From the NCBI GenBank assembly GCA_047967505.1, contig CM106538.1: DNA of 64,000 nt; one strand, 5' to 3'. The stretch's first letter is position 1; every line of letters begins with the position of its first letter. Made by a program: the position numbers and the translations under genes. This stretch comes from Dipteris shenzhenensis. Lineage: Eukaryota. Positions 36,300 through 48,089 of this stretch are shown one piece after another. The notes beneath the pieces are model-generated. The model saw nothing but the letters and a program-made list of their open reading frames with translations. It searched no databases and had not been told where the DNA came from.

Positions 36300-38672
36300 T
36301 AGAAGCAACTCTTATATATTTCCGTCCGTCCACAAATTGGACAAGATACAATACCAAAAGGTTCTCCTACTATATGCTTGACACCTCTAGATCTCTGAGC
36401 TTGGGTGCTCCATTGAGCTTATGTAGACTCTTTGTCCAAAGGATCTCTTTCACCTTGCTGTCGGGAAACTCAGCCTAGGTGGGGAGCTCCTTGAGCTAAG
36501 TCTGCAGCCCTTTGTAAGTCACCTTCACCTCCTGTGTATAGGCCCAAGAATGGTTCTCCTACTCTTGCTCTTGGATTGTTTCTCCAAATGATGAGGTAAT
36601 GAGGCCCCTAGGGCCACTAGGGCCACCTTTTATAGGGCTGGAGCCCCTGGCCAAAAACCGACCCAGATGGCCGACTTTTTTACCCCTACCAGCTGACTTT
36701 AGCGGGAGGTCTATAAACGGCCCCCCAGAGCTCATTTGCTTGATTTGGTCGGCCTTGCCTGGCCATATGGCTTCCATCCGTTGCCCAGGAAGTCCCACCC
36801 TCTATCCTTTGCCCCAAACCTGCCCATAGGGTCCAAAACCTTTGTTGAACCTATGGTTTTGAAATGTTGTCCCCCTCAAGTCATAGCCATCGTCTGATCC
36901 TAAGTCTTCAGGTCTTGTTGAAGAATCTTCCTCTGCTTTAGTAACACCAACGAAGCATCCAAATGACTCTAGGTACTCGTCACTGTCCATCACCTTCATA
37001 AAGGATCCAGACTCCTCTTTTGACCACTTCTTAATGTCTGGCATTCTCATATCTAATCTCAGTAGCATTGGAGTTGCCATCAAGAAAAGTTCTCTCACCG
37101 CCACCTGAGCTGACTCCTCTGACTTTGAGTTGGTGCCCTTCTTCTTCTGATAGCCTTCTTCTTTTTGCAATCTTTCACAAATGTCCTGGCTTATCGCAGT
37201 AGAAGCACTTCTTCATTTGAAGAGTTTTCTCCGTCGTCAGATTTGGGCTTGCCTTTACCAGGCTTACCCTTGCTCTTTCCTTTGCTCCTGTCCTAGGCTA
37301 TCAGGGCCTTGTTATCCTTATCCACAGCATCATACTTCTTTTCCAGAGCTTCTTGCTGCAGCAATAATGGAACCACCTCCTCAAAAGTCACCGGTGCCGC
37401 CCTATGCCGTGCAGTCAGCGTAGTCACAAAACTACTATAGCTCTGGGAGCATTCCTAGCAACAACCTTGTCATCCTAGTCGAGCTCAACTATTGCCAATT
37501 GATCTTCATCTTGGTGATGTGTTCTTGTACCGATCCCCCTTTATTCACCCTCATGCTGTACAGTTTTGTCTCGAGGTCCAAGATTCTCGTTTCATTGTCG
37601 AGCTCATACATATCCCTCAATGTCTTCCATGCCTCGAAAGAAGTGTTTGCCATCTGAATATACGGCAACACCATATCCGCCGTCGTACCCACAATGATAG
37701 CCAAGGCTTCCACATCCCGGATATGCGATGCTCTCATTGATACAACCTGCGTGGTCCGGTGCTGTTGTCACCGCTGGAGAAGATGATGTGGCTAGAGTAT
37801 ACGGTGGCCTAATGTATGAGCTCCATCCTCATCACAATCCCCACGACTCCCTCAACACTAAGTGGCTCTGAACCTTCATTTTCCACAGGGTAGTTGGTCC
37901 TGTCGAGCTTAACTATCTCAGGATAATTTGGGATCTGGTATCTATTGGCCATAATAATGAACTGAAGAAGCAACTCTGATATATTTCCGTCCGTCCACAA
38001 ACTGGACAAGATACAATACCAAAAGGTTCTCCTACTACATGCGTGGCACCTCTAGATGTTTGAGCTTGCGTGCTCCACCGAGCTTATGTAGACTCTCCGT
38101 CCAAAGGATCTCTTCCACCTTGCTGTCCGGAAACTCAGCCTAGGTGGGCAGCTCCTTGAGCTAAGTATGCAGCCCTGTGTAGGTCACCTTCACCTCCTGT
38201 GTATAGGCCCAAGGATGGTCCTTTTGCTGCTCCTTCCTTCTCTTGGATTGCTGCTCGAAGTGATGAGGTAATGAGGCCCCTAGGGCCACCTTTCATAAGG
38301 CTGGAGCCCCTGCCAAAAAACCGACCCAAATGGCTGTGGTCTTCAACATGAAGACCAAAATGTTCAAACAGCAATGCCAACTATATTAACAAGGAGGCAT
38401 GAGGTACATGGAGCACTGCCCCTCGCCAAAGGGAGTTGGGTTGAAGAAGGAAAGAAGACAATATGGCATTATGCCAAACATAAAGAATGCTCATGAACCG
38501 ACTCTTCTGCCCCTACCAGCCGACTTTAGGGGGAGGGCTATAAATAGCCCCCGAAAGCACATTTGCTTGATTTGGTTGGCCCTGCGTGGCCGCATGGCTT
38601 CCATCCATTGGCCTAGGCAGTCCCACCCTCTATCCTTTGCCCCAAACCTGCCCTTGGGGTCCAAACCTTTGC
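36300..38672 (-). mobile_element. Degenerate Copia-derived element: gag remnant between ~550-bp direct repeats
   Basis: 36300-36845 resembles 37968-38672 (the second has an insertion). Minus-strand KLDRTNY, NTSFEAWKTLRDMYE..LYSMRV, CFYCDKPGH; no pol. Confidence 0.65.
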
Positions 38673-39639
38673 TGTATTTTGTATGTGAGGAATGCTTATA
38701 ATTTTATCATGTCACGATATTTTTATTAGGCATGACTTCTTTGAGGCAGCTTGTTTATTTTGAGTGGAATTCATGGCCTGAATGTAATTTTTGGGGCTAC
38801 ACAAGTTAAAGTCATAGTTTTGGATGATTGTTTTTGGGATGATATTGGCATAGTGCTTGATGTGACAAAGCCCTTTGTTATCATATTTCAGCTTTGGAGG
38901 CTGCAGCATGTCTTGGATCCAAAATTGTAAGGATAAGAAAAGAGACAAACACAGAGCTAGTATAGGGATGGAGTAGACATTGAGGCAAATAGCCTCAAAC
39001 ATGGATAATAGAAGGAAAGGCAATAATGGATCCTATATTACAAGTAGAAAAAATGGTTATTTGATTTGGAGGATGCACAGAAGGACATGTTCGAGGTTTC
39101 CTTCATTTTTGGGTGGGAGGATTATGGCAGATGCTCCATTGTGGTATAGGTTGGCCATCTATATACCTAGCTAGGGAGTCAACTCCTTGCAAATGTGAGT
39201 GCTTGTGGAAGTATTTTGGGAACATTGCATCCAAGAAGAAGAAGAACTTGCTCGTTATATAGAAGGCGAATGACGTTGTATTGCAAACTTTTGTTTGCTA
39301 ACCAATTCGGGTGGAGTACACTCTCGAGCCATGTATTGGATTACATCCCATTGTAGCTTACATGGATGCACTAGTAGTTGGTCCTTTTGAGGATCCCAAG
39401 CTTGAGAACAATGGTGTGTGTGTGTGGGGGGGGGGTGGTGGTGAAGGAGCCCTCTATGCCATGTTGATCCCTTGAGGGCCAAGGCTTCAAGCCTCTATTA
39501 GGTTATCTCTTCGGAGACTAGAGAGGAGAGAGGGGTTAGATAGATTGATCAGGTTGAGCACCAACATCACTCTAGTACCGATTTCCTTCCTCGACAGCAC
39601 CAGCTCTCACTAGAGCAAGAGCCACGTCGACAGAGGTCC

Positions 39640-39856
39640 TCTCTTCTATCCTTAGCCGTTATGTGCTTTGCTTTTTTGTACTCCCCATAGAGCAACAACC
39701 TGTTGTATCTCTTTGTTGACATTCTTATCTCAGACATCAGCCTTGGATCTGAATGCCTGCTTTAATGAACCCATCCCTTATTTTTCATTGTACTTGGTTC
39801 TTTTCAGTCTCATAGACCCTTCCGTTTTTTGAAGACATTGATAAACTTTCTCTGTC
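39640..39856 (+). mobile_element. Short 3' end of the same RTE-like LINE family
   Basis: cagtctcatagacccttccgtttttgaagacattgataaactttctct resembles the 3' ends near 35470 and 42690. Confidence 0.5.
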
Positions 39857-39989
39857 TTACCACTCACTGACACTCAGGTGTGGTTTGATTATGCACGCAC
39901 ACTCTATGATATCCCAAATCAGCTAGTCCCTAACCTCACATATGCCACACCCCACATCTTGCATCCTCTTCACTAGGGGGGGGGGGGTA

Positions 39990-42840
39990 AAGGATGCCGT
40001 AATGAAACTTCATAATGGACGAGCGAAGGATCATGAGGGACTATGCATTGAGCTCATTGCATATGGGATTAACCTCCTAGCCCCGATCTTAGCAAAGCTA
40101 TTTAATGAAGCTGTTTGTTTGGGGTTCCCACGCACTTGGACCATTAACACTATCTCACCCATTCACAAGGCAGGGGATGCCATGAGCCCGGAGAACTACA
40201 AGACCTTTATGATTGGACATGTCATGTCCAAGATTTATGCATCAGTACTTGATTCTGAGGTTAGCAGATTTGTGGAGTGTTGAGGACCTAAAGCAGCAAG
40301 ATAGGCCGGATTCTGGCGTGATCATGGGACCATGGACCACATTCTCACGCTCAGATGTATCATCGAGGAGGTCAGGGCACGGAAGCAGAGGGTTTACTAT
40401 TGCTTTGTGGATTTCTGCACGGCATTTGACACGGTTCTGAGAGTCCGCCTCATACGGCGCCTACAAGATTTGGGTTACGACCAGGAGATCATTTGGGCTG
40501 TCATGGCACTTTATGAGAGTTTCAGGCAAAGTTTGGGAAGGATCTGGATGGAGAGACGAGATCATGAGCACTATCGGGGTCAAACAAGGGTGTACATTAT
40601 CACCTACCTTATTTGGGAGAGACTAAAATGAAATCGTTTAGACTTCACAAGCAGTTGTAGCTTGAATGAAGAGATTTTGGACTACTTTTTGATTAGCCTT
40701 CTCCTTTAGTGCTAGCCTTCATCATGGCTAAGTCTGCCCTTCACCTCTGGAGTGTCGATAGAAACTCAGTACGAAGACTTTGTATAAATGGATCCTCAAG
40801 TATGTGTGGGTGCGTGGATTTGTATGTGTGAGAGCATATTTTTATACTATGGTCTATCCCTACTGTTGGGCGCTGACGACGTCAGTGGGGATGTCATAGT
40901 AGCTAGTCCCTGCTATGCATGATGGAGTTTATGGTTTTCAACCTTATGAGTGACTATCATGAGATTGAAACTGCACTATGTTGTGTTTTTAGAGAATGAG
41001 TTTGGGAATGTTCCTGGATTCATCTAGGTATATGTCCATTATCACCTACCTTGTTTGGCCTCTACATTGATGAGCTACATTTCATAGTGAAGATGGGTAG
41101 TTTCATAGTGAAGATGGGTAGTTTCATCATACACTTATCTTGGGGTTGTCTTTTCCGGACCCATCTTCACTATGAGACCCACGATGCAGGCACGCTTGAG
41201 CAAAGGATATGCTTCATTGGCTAGACTAGAGAGGCAGTGCTTCCGCTCTCACTTTCAGGATTCACGGACCAAAGGGTTTCTTTTTGACTCCTTTGTCCGT
41301 CCAGCGGGGATGTATGGCAGTCCATGCTGGGGCCCCAACTTGTCGGATACAGAGTGGGCCAGGGTGGAGCGGCTACAGGTTCTCATGTTATCACGGATGA
41401 TCCGTGGTAAGCCATCTGTTCCTCATGAGATTATTCGGGCGGAGTTTGGGTCACCCCCATTAAAGCTAGATGCTGCATTTCAGGTCATCACGTATCTGTA
41501 CCGAGTCAGGGAGTATGGGGATTACACCTCTGGGCGTAGCGCGCTACCATGGCTAGCACTATCCTCTTCTACGGCACTTGCAGCAGGAGGAGACCAGAGG
41601 TGCTGGTATGCATGCACAGAGATATGGTTTAAGGGACTGGGGCTCCATATGGACAGACCTCCATTCCAGTACAGCATGGATGCTCTGTTTTCTCCCCTCC
41701 TATCACACGAGGTCAACGAGGTTATCCGTGAGGATCTATTACAGCTACACACATTCCGGACCTGGTCGGGCCCGAGCGATCTTCCAGTGAAGCTGGGCTT
41801 CTACAGAGATCACTTCTTACATATCACAGCGGAGGGTTTCATTGACCCACTAGGGTACACTCAGATTTACTTACCCCACTCATTGAGGATCTCTCTTGGG
41901 CAGTTTCGGGTCTCTTCATACAGACTTCATATCGAGAGCGGCAGAGCAGAGTGACTACCCAAGGAGAGGCGCATATGCACTTTGTGTGACATGCAGGAGG
42001 TTGAGACAAAGGAGCACTTCATCTTCAGGTGTTCTGTTTACTACGAGATCCGCGGACATTTCTACGTCTCTTCAGAGACAGCTATGGGGTTTTGGCCCGA
42101 TTCATCTCCTACGCAGACCAACGATGTTTGGCAGGTTTCGTTCATGAGGCACTTAGACACCTTGAGAGGATACTTTGAGCACGGAGACAGGAGCACACTT
42201 CTTCCTTGGTTGATCCCTCTCAGAGCTCTATCACGGAGTTTTTCTAGCCAGATCAAATGACACACACAGGACGAGGCCTTGACATGACCGTGATTTGGAG
42301 CCTGTGACCCAACAGCTCAGACAGAGGGTTGACACACATATCACACTTGGGGACATCCCCTCCCTGTTTAGAGTCGGGTATCGCCCAACGGGGGTCACAG
42401 TAGCCCTAGTTAGACGTAGAGCTATGACCAGGAGACATGCGAGGGCTGCACCTCTGTGTGGCCCACAACACTCTATCGCCAATTTCATGCCCCCATTGCC
42501 TCATCCACCCTGATGTCTTGATGGTGATGATGATGATGATGATGATGATGAGATAGTCGACTAACGACATGACATGACTATGTTGTACTTAGGAATTAGT
42601 ACTGACATTCTGCATTTTTTGCATTTGCATTGGTGTGGATGCTCGTTTAGGAGCTCCACCACCACAGCTCGTTTGTACCAGGTTTTTCACAGTCTCATAA
42701 ACCCATCGGTCTTCTGAAGACTTTAATAAACTTTCTTTCTTTCTCTCTCTCCCTCTCTCCCCCTCTCTCCCTCTCCCTCTCCCTCTCCCTCCCCCTCTAT
42801 TCCCACCCCCCTCCGCCCCCCTCTCTGTTCTCTCTCTCTT
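39990..42840 (+). mobile_element. RTE-like LINE ORF2 (RT plus C-terminal Cys/His finger), rearranged, with CT-rich tail
   Basis: PIHKAGD..ENY, DHILTLRCIIE, CFVDFCTAFDTV, GVKQGCTLSPTLFG, CTLCDMQEVETKEHFIFRC. Unrelated insert at ~40617-41035; (GAT)n at 42524-42550; ends aataaa followed by a CT-rich tract. Confidence 0.85.
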
Positions 42841-43976
42841 TTCATGCATCATGTACTTGGCTCTTGAGTTGTGTCTATTTTGTATTGAAGTGATGGATTG
42901 TGGAGATGTGAGCCATCACTTGTGTTATCCCATTTTCGTATTTTGCATATTATATGCTCTATGATCTATAGACTATCGTTGATCATATGATGAGATTCTA
43001 TCGCATCTTATCTGAATAGTTTAAGAAGTCAAGATTTTTATGGGGGTTACAGTGTTTTGTTAGAGAGAGTTTCTTGAGAGCCCTTGTCAAATCACTGTTG
43101 CCTGTGAATGTAGGCTCTCTTCTCCTTGCTGATTTTCAGTTCAGCCAGCTTCAATCCTCTTCTTCCAGGGACTTCAATTTGTAGCTTTATGTTCTCCTCT
43201 AGCCAATGCCATATTCCAATTTCCATCTCCGAGAAACATCTTTCAGCAGTTCTTTCATCCTCTCTTTAAATGACATCCCTTCTTGAGTTTTCTAGGCACC
43301 CTTTCTTGAAAATCGCAATGCCTTGCTCTTCTAAAGTTTCAGATTTGCAAACACAGCACCTGTTGTCATGTAAACCTTGTTTCCCCAAATTATGCCAAAA
43401 GAAGCCTTCAAGAGAGTCCTATGTGGATTAATAAAAACTTGGACTCACTAGCATGCAAATTGCAATGTTGGAGAAAATCCCTAGACATAAAGAACAAACT
43501 TTGTAAGGGTATATCTCAGTTTTTAGGATGATTATTCTTAAAGGCTATGGTCTTGTAAGCTCCTTTGTCAAAGGAATAATTTGGGCATGAATTTCCTAAT
43601 CTGCAGACTATTTGTCCATAGCTTAGTCCATAGCGTGTCGTAGTGTTCAAGGGTTGGTTAGTTAGGAAAGGATTGTTACTCTACTTTGTAACTCTTTATT
43701 ATATATCCTAGATTCCTCCTATCTATCATTTCCTCTATCCTGAGCATTGCGTCAATTTTTATTATGTCATGATTCCCTTCATTCTTGAGGAAAATTGTGA
43801 ATTTTAAGTTTTCATTTATATTTGCTCTCAGAACTTGCAATACCTGCAGAATTTTCAACATGTATGTACAACCCCCACTTGAACTTGTATTATAAAAAGA
43901 TGTGCTTGTATGGTAACCTTACTATATTTATATATTTTCTTGAGTAATTCTCACATTGAGCTACTTTTGGGTGCAG

Positions 43977-44051
43977 GCAACTGTGAGGAAGGAAAATGGG
44001 CAAATGGTTTTGGTGCCTCTTTTTCAGAGCCTTGAAAGTTTAGTAGGACAG
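43977..44051 (+). CDS. VPS26: VPS26 next coding exon
   Basis: gtgcAG|GCA...GGACAG|GTttgc; 75 nt, phase 0; ATVRKENGQMVLVPLFQSLESLVGQ (cf. VPS26 VPxKKDNGQxxMxPLFQSQETIxGK). Confidence 0.9.
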
Positions 44052-46299
44052 GTTTGCAACTCTAGCTCTAGTACTTTGCTTTAATTAGCATGTCACAATA
44101 AAAGTATTTCGTAGGAAGAAAAAGGTAAAGTTAAGGAGCAATATGTATAGATATAAAGATATTATACTTATAAAATTGTCTCTTCTTTACCTATGTGGAA
44201 AATTAGGAAGGGTTGTGGAATTCAGACAAAAATCTATGCTCTTTGGGTTGTGGTTCTGTAAGAAGAGGAACAACCTGGAGAGGGTATATGTCTCTTCCCT
44301 CCCTCCTTCAATCTTGATAGCTCTCGTGCCAATGAGTACAATGCCAAAATCCGAATAATCTAGGAGTTGGTTATGCTTGCATGTGTTATGGATAAACGTG
44401 TCTTGTTTACTATTTCCTTCTGTATCTGCTTTTTTGTTTGGATATTCGTATTGCTTTCTTTTGGCTCTATTAACCTTTTGAGCATTGGATTCTCCAAAGA
44501 TTTGGACATGTTGATCAAAGCAACCTATGGAATTGCAAGGCAAAACAGTGAACAAAGAAGAAATCCTTTGTTATAGAAAGAGAAGCTAACGAGCAGGTTC
44601 AAATTGATTGAATTATTAAATCCTCCAACTCTTCAACAACTTAGGGATGATGGTGGATATCCTTCATCCCATCTAGTCTTTGTTTGTACCAAACCAATGC
44701 TCATGAAAACTTTGGTTGGAAGGTTTTGGGCCGCAAACTAAAACTGTTTTTTTTGGGTTAATCACATTGCCAGTGTAATATGAATAAATGTAAACGAAAC
44801 CTGGTCTTGTTCTTTGACACTTGTAGCGATAAGGATTTGACAACAAGTTTCTACCTCACTGCAAGAGACCATTAAGGGGAAAAGATTACTCAATCTGGCA
44901 TTGTGATTCTGGTTTGAAATGCCAAGAGTAAGATAGTGTGGACTATCAAGGCTGTGGTGGCCTTAGGCTGCGTACACTTTAGGATGCAAAGCTGTACCCT
45001 TTTGTGTAGGTTGAGCCCACCTCAAGACCGACTTTCAAAACATCATATCATAATGTACTTTGTTGTTGGATGCTGCGTAGAGGCCATGTTTTTATTGTAT
45101 ATTCTTTGATAATTATACTAGGTAGCTTTTAGCTGTGTTTATGCGATTCTTATTCAAGCTTAGGGCTGCTCTAGTAAGATGATTACAAATGATCTAGGGG
45201 TGGGCTGATGATCGTGAGTTAGTGGCTTATTGAGAAGTTGGAGGGCATATTGGATTTCCTTCGAATTATCCTTTGTATTTGGACATTGATAGAGCTAGGA
45301 TCCTTTCTTGAACTCACAATTCTATAAAAAAGAACTAGTCCATGTGTTTCAAAGACTAGAAGCAAAGTGCCTATACTCCAAAGGCAATTCACAATTCGTT
45401 TGATTTGCAAATTTGATGGTGGCCTTACTTTTTCCTATATGTTTTGTATAGTTAAGCAAATTAATAAGATTTCCTTCGAGATACTACCTTAGTCATCTCC
45501 ATTCTTCTAAGGCCCCATGGGCTCTTTAACAATGGCCTTCATCCTTAATGGTTTATTTAGCATCCATGTGTGGATTCATAACCCATATGGAACAATAATG
45601 CCTACAACTCTGGCTCGTCAAAGTGTGGAAACTAAGAAAGATCTCCTCTTAGGGATCTACATCTAAGGTGGCGACCCACTGCCCCTAGATGGATGAATAC
45701 TTACCCAAGGGTGAATGATGGGTATGTGCTTAAAATATGCGCCTAGGTGTAGCTTTATGAGGACTAGCTATGAATACTATTCAAATGAGAGTTGCTAGCT
45801 TGGGCCTTGGCTATGAGTTACGTTTGGAAGGCAGTGCTACTTATAATCTATGAAAAGTCCTCGATGTTGAATTGGATGGACTTAATCTCCACCCCTCTGA
45901 AGCATGTTTGAAGAGAGCGAGAGTAATGATTGGTGCTAATGACCATTGCCGATTTAGATTCTTGCAAAGTGCATTGTTTTCCTCTCACTTGGTTACTTAA
46001 AGTTAAGAGGGCTTCCCTTTATGATTGTGGCTTTCTACCCTTGGTTTTTATGATGCTCAAGAGCTGTACAAGCAAGTTTTAAAGCTTTACATGTTTGTTT
46101 TTCAAAATTTCTTCGAGCCATGGGTTGGGAGTTGTGCAACCAAGATAAAGTTTTCTTGATACGTTTTTGCTTTCAATCCATAATAGAGTAGCTATCTTGA
46201 GCATTAAAAATGCAATAAATAATTCTTACTTCTATTAAGTATTAAAGAAAAACCGTTAGAGTAAGCTCCATACGGGATACATCATGCAATGCACAAAAA

Positions 46300-46915
46300 G
46301 CTCAAGAGCCAAAAAGAAAGGGTTGAGGCTGATAGTGCCATCTCAATCTGGTAGAAACCTTCGAGAAAAAGGGAGAACCCCTCCAAACTCGAAGAAATAT
46401 AGTCCTTCTAGAAGAGGCTGCCCGTGAAGAGCCCTGCATGCTAGCCCATATGGCTATCGAAGTGTGAACCGTGTCAGTCCAAATACCTGTGAACACTTGT
46501 GATGGGTGTATCTGGGTGCCATCCAAGGCCTCAGTACATCAGGCTCTCCAAATGTGCCAAGAGGAAATGCTAGCCAAAATCTCCCAAGAGGTGTCCACTG
46601 AAACATGAGAAGCTCTGAAGGGAGTAAGTGGTACATCCTGCAGAGAGCAGGGCTCTATCACCTGCCGGCGGACCGAGAGTGCCCAAGAAGAAGGCTCACC
46701 CTCATAAAACACCTGGGGCACACCTGGGGCCCGGTAAGAGATAACCATGCGACCGAGCCCCAAGTCATGAAGAAAGGGGAAGTGTGAAAGATGCTGAGTA
46801 TCCGAGCAACCCCTTTCTAAACAGTCCTCGCCTAACTGCAGTCCCAAAGGCAATGTCGCACTGACTCCTCTGCAGAATGACAACGAGGACAAGTGGGATC
46901 AGCCCCAAATCGTGA
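46300..46915 (-). mobile_element. L1-type LINE ORF2 3' fragment
   Basis: Minus-strand CPRCHSAEESVRHCLWDC (zf-RVT-like) followed by WEILASISSWHIWRA; frameshifted. Confidence 0.65.
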
Positions 46916-47346
46916 TCTCCATAGGTTCACTCTTATGTAGTTTCTTGTTTTTATGGTTTCAAAATTTGTAATCTTGTCAATCCAGCTCCTATTAAATGAT
47001 TAATCTTGGAAATATATGTTAAACTTGTGCTAAGGATATAATTCATCTACAAGAGCCATCTAAACATTAATTGAAGTGGAATTTATAGCTTACACAAGTT
47101 CTTTTGTTAATCTGTATGTTCGTTTATTTGTTTGCATTGAATTGGGCCTCATGAAACGATTCTACATGTGATATCATCTAAGCAATAATACATGGATGCT
47201 AGCTACATTTTCGACGTGAGGTGAACGGCAAAGATGTTGAAGTTTAACAGATACATTGAACCATAGTAGGTCATAACTTAAAATCTTATGATTGAGATTT
47301 TTGTACAGGAATAAATTTAAAGTTTGTATCTGCCTTGTTTATATAG

Positions 47347-47419
47347 GTACGCATTGTTCCTCATCCTGGAAAGAGAATTGAACACCAAGGGATAAAGCTT
47401 GAGCTGCTTGGCCAAATAG
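47347..47419 (+). CDS. VPS26: VPS26 next coding exon
   Basis: atatAG|GTA...CAAATAG|GTttgc; 73 nt; VRIVPHPGKRIEHQGIKLELLGQI(E), containing the VPS26 signature GKxxEHxGIKxELLGQIE. Confidence 0.92.
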
Positions 47420-48089
47420 GTTTGCCATTTTTTCTTATATGAGACATGATTGCATCTACTCTTGCCATTGGCCACTCCCCCCCTCCCCCCAACCACCTTC
47501 TCATCTTGTTGCCTTCCCCACCCTCTGCCCTCTCTCTCTGAATTTATATCTTGTATAGCTGAGTGTTGATTCTTTGGTTTGCATGCACAATGGTGGGTTA
47601 ACCCTTATGCAACAAGCTGTAAGTTATATTGGTATTCATGTTTACTGATTTGTCCATGTCACAAGATTTTACTGTGGCATACTTGTTCTCATTTTCAAGA
47701 TTGTCAACCTCTTCTTCCTTTATATGTCCTCTTGCATTCTATCGTTAGGGATGATGGTGAACACATGGCTTACCTAGTTAAGTCCATGAGGAATGTATTG
47801 ACACATTGTTGGAATTTGGATATTGCTCTCCATCATGTGTTATGTGTGAAAAACACCTTAGCATCACTTTTTAAGTGTCTATACATCAATAAATAGGATA
47901 AAGGTATGTGGACATTTGGAGCGCATCTAATCGTCAATGGTTTGTTTTTCAGAAACCTCAATGTAGACGCAACTTGCATTGAAAGATTCTCGAGTGCAAA
48001 AGATTGACTTCCTACAAAGCTGAATATAGCTGAGTATAAGCTCAAGCACCCTTGGCCTGAAGATATATCTTCCTAGAAGACTTGAGAAA

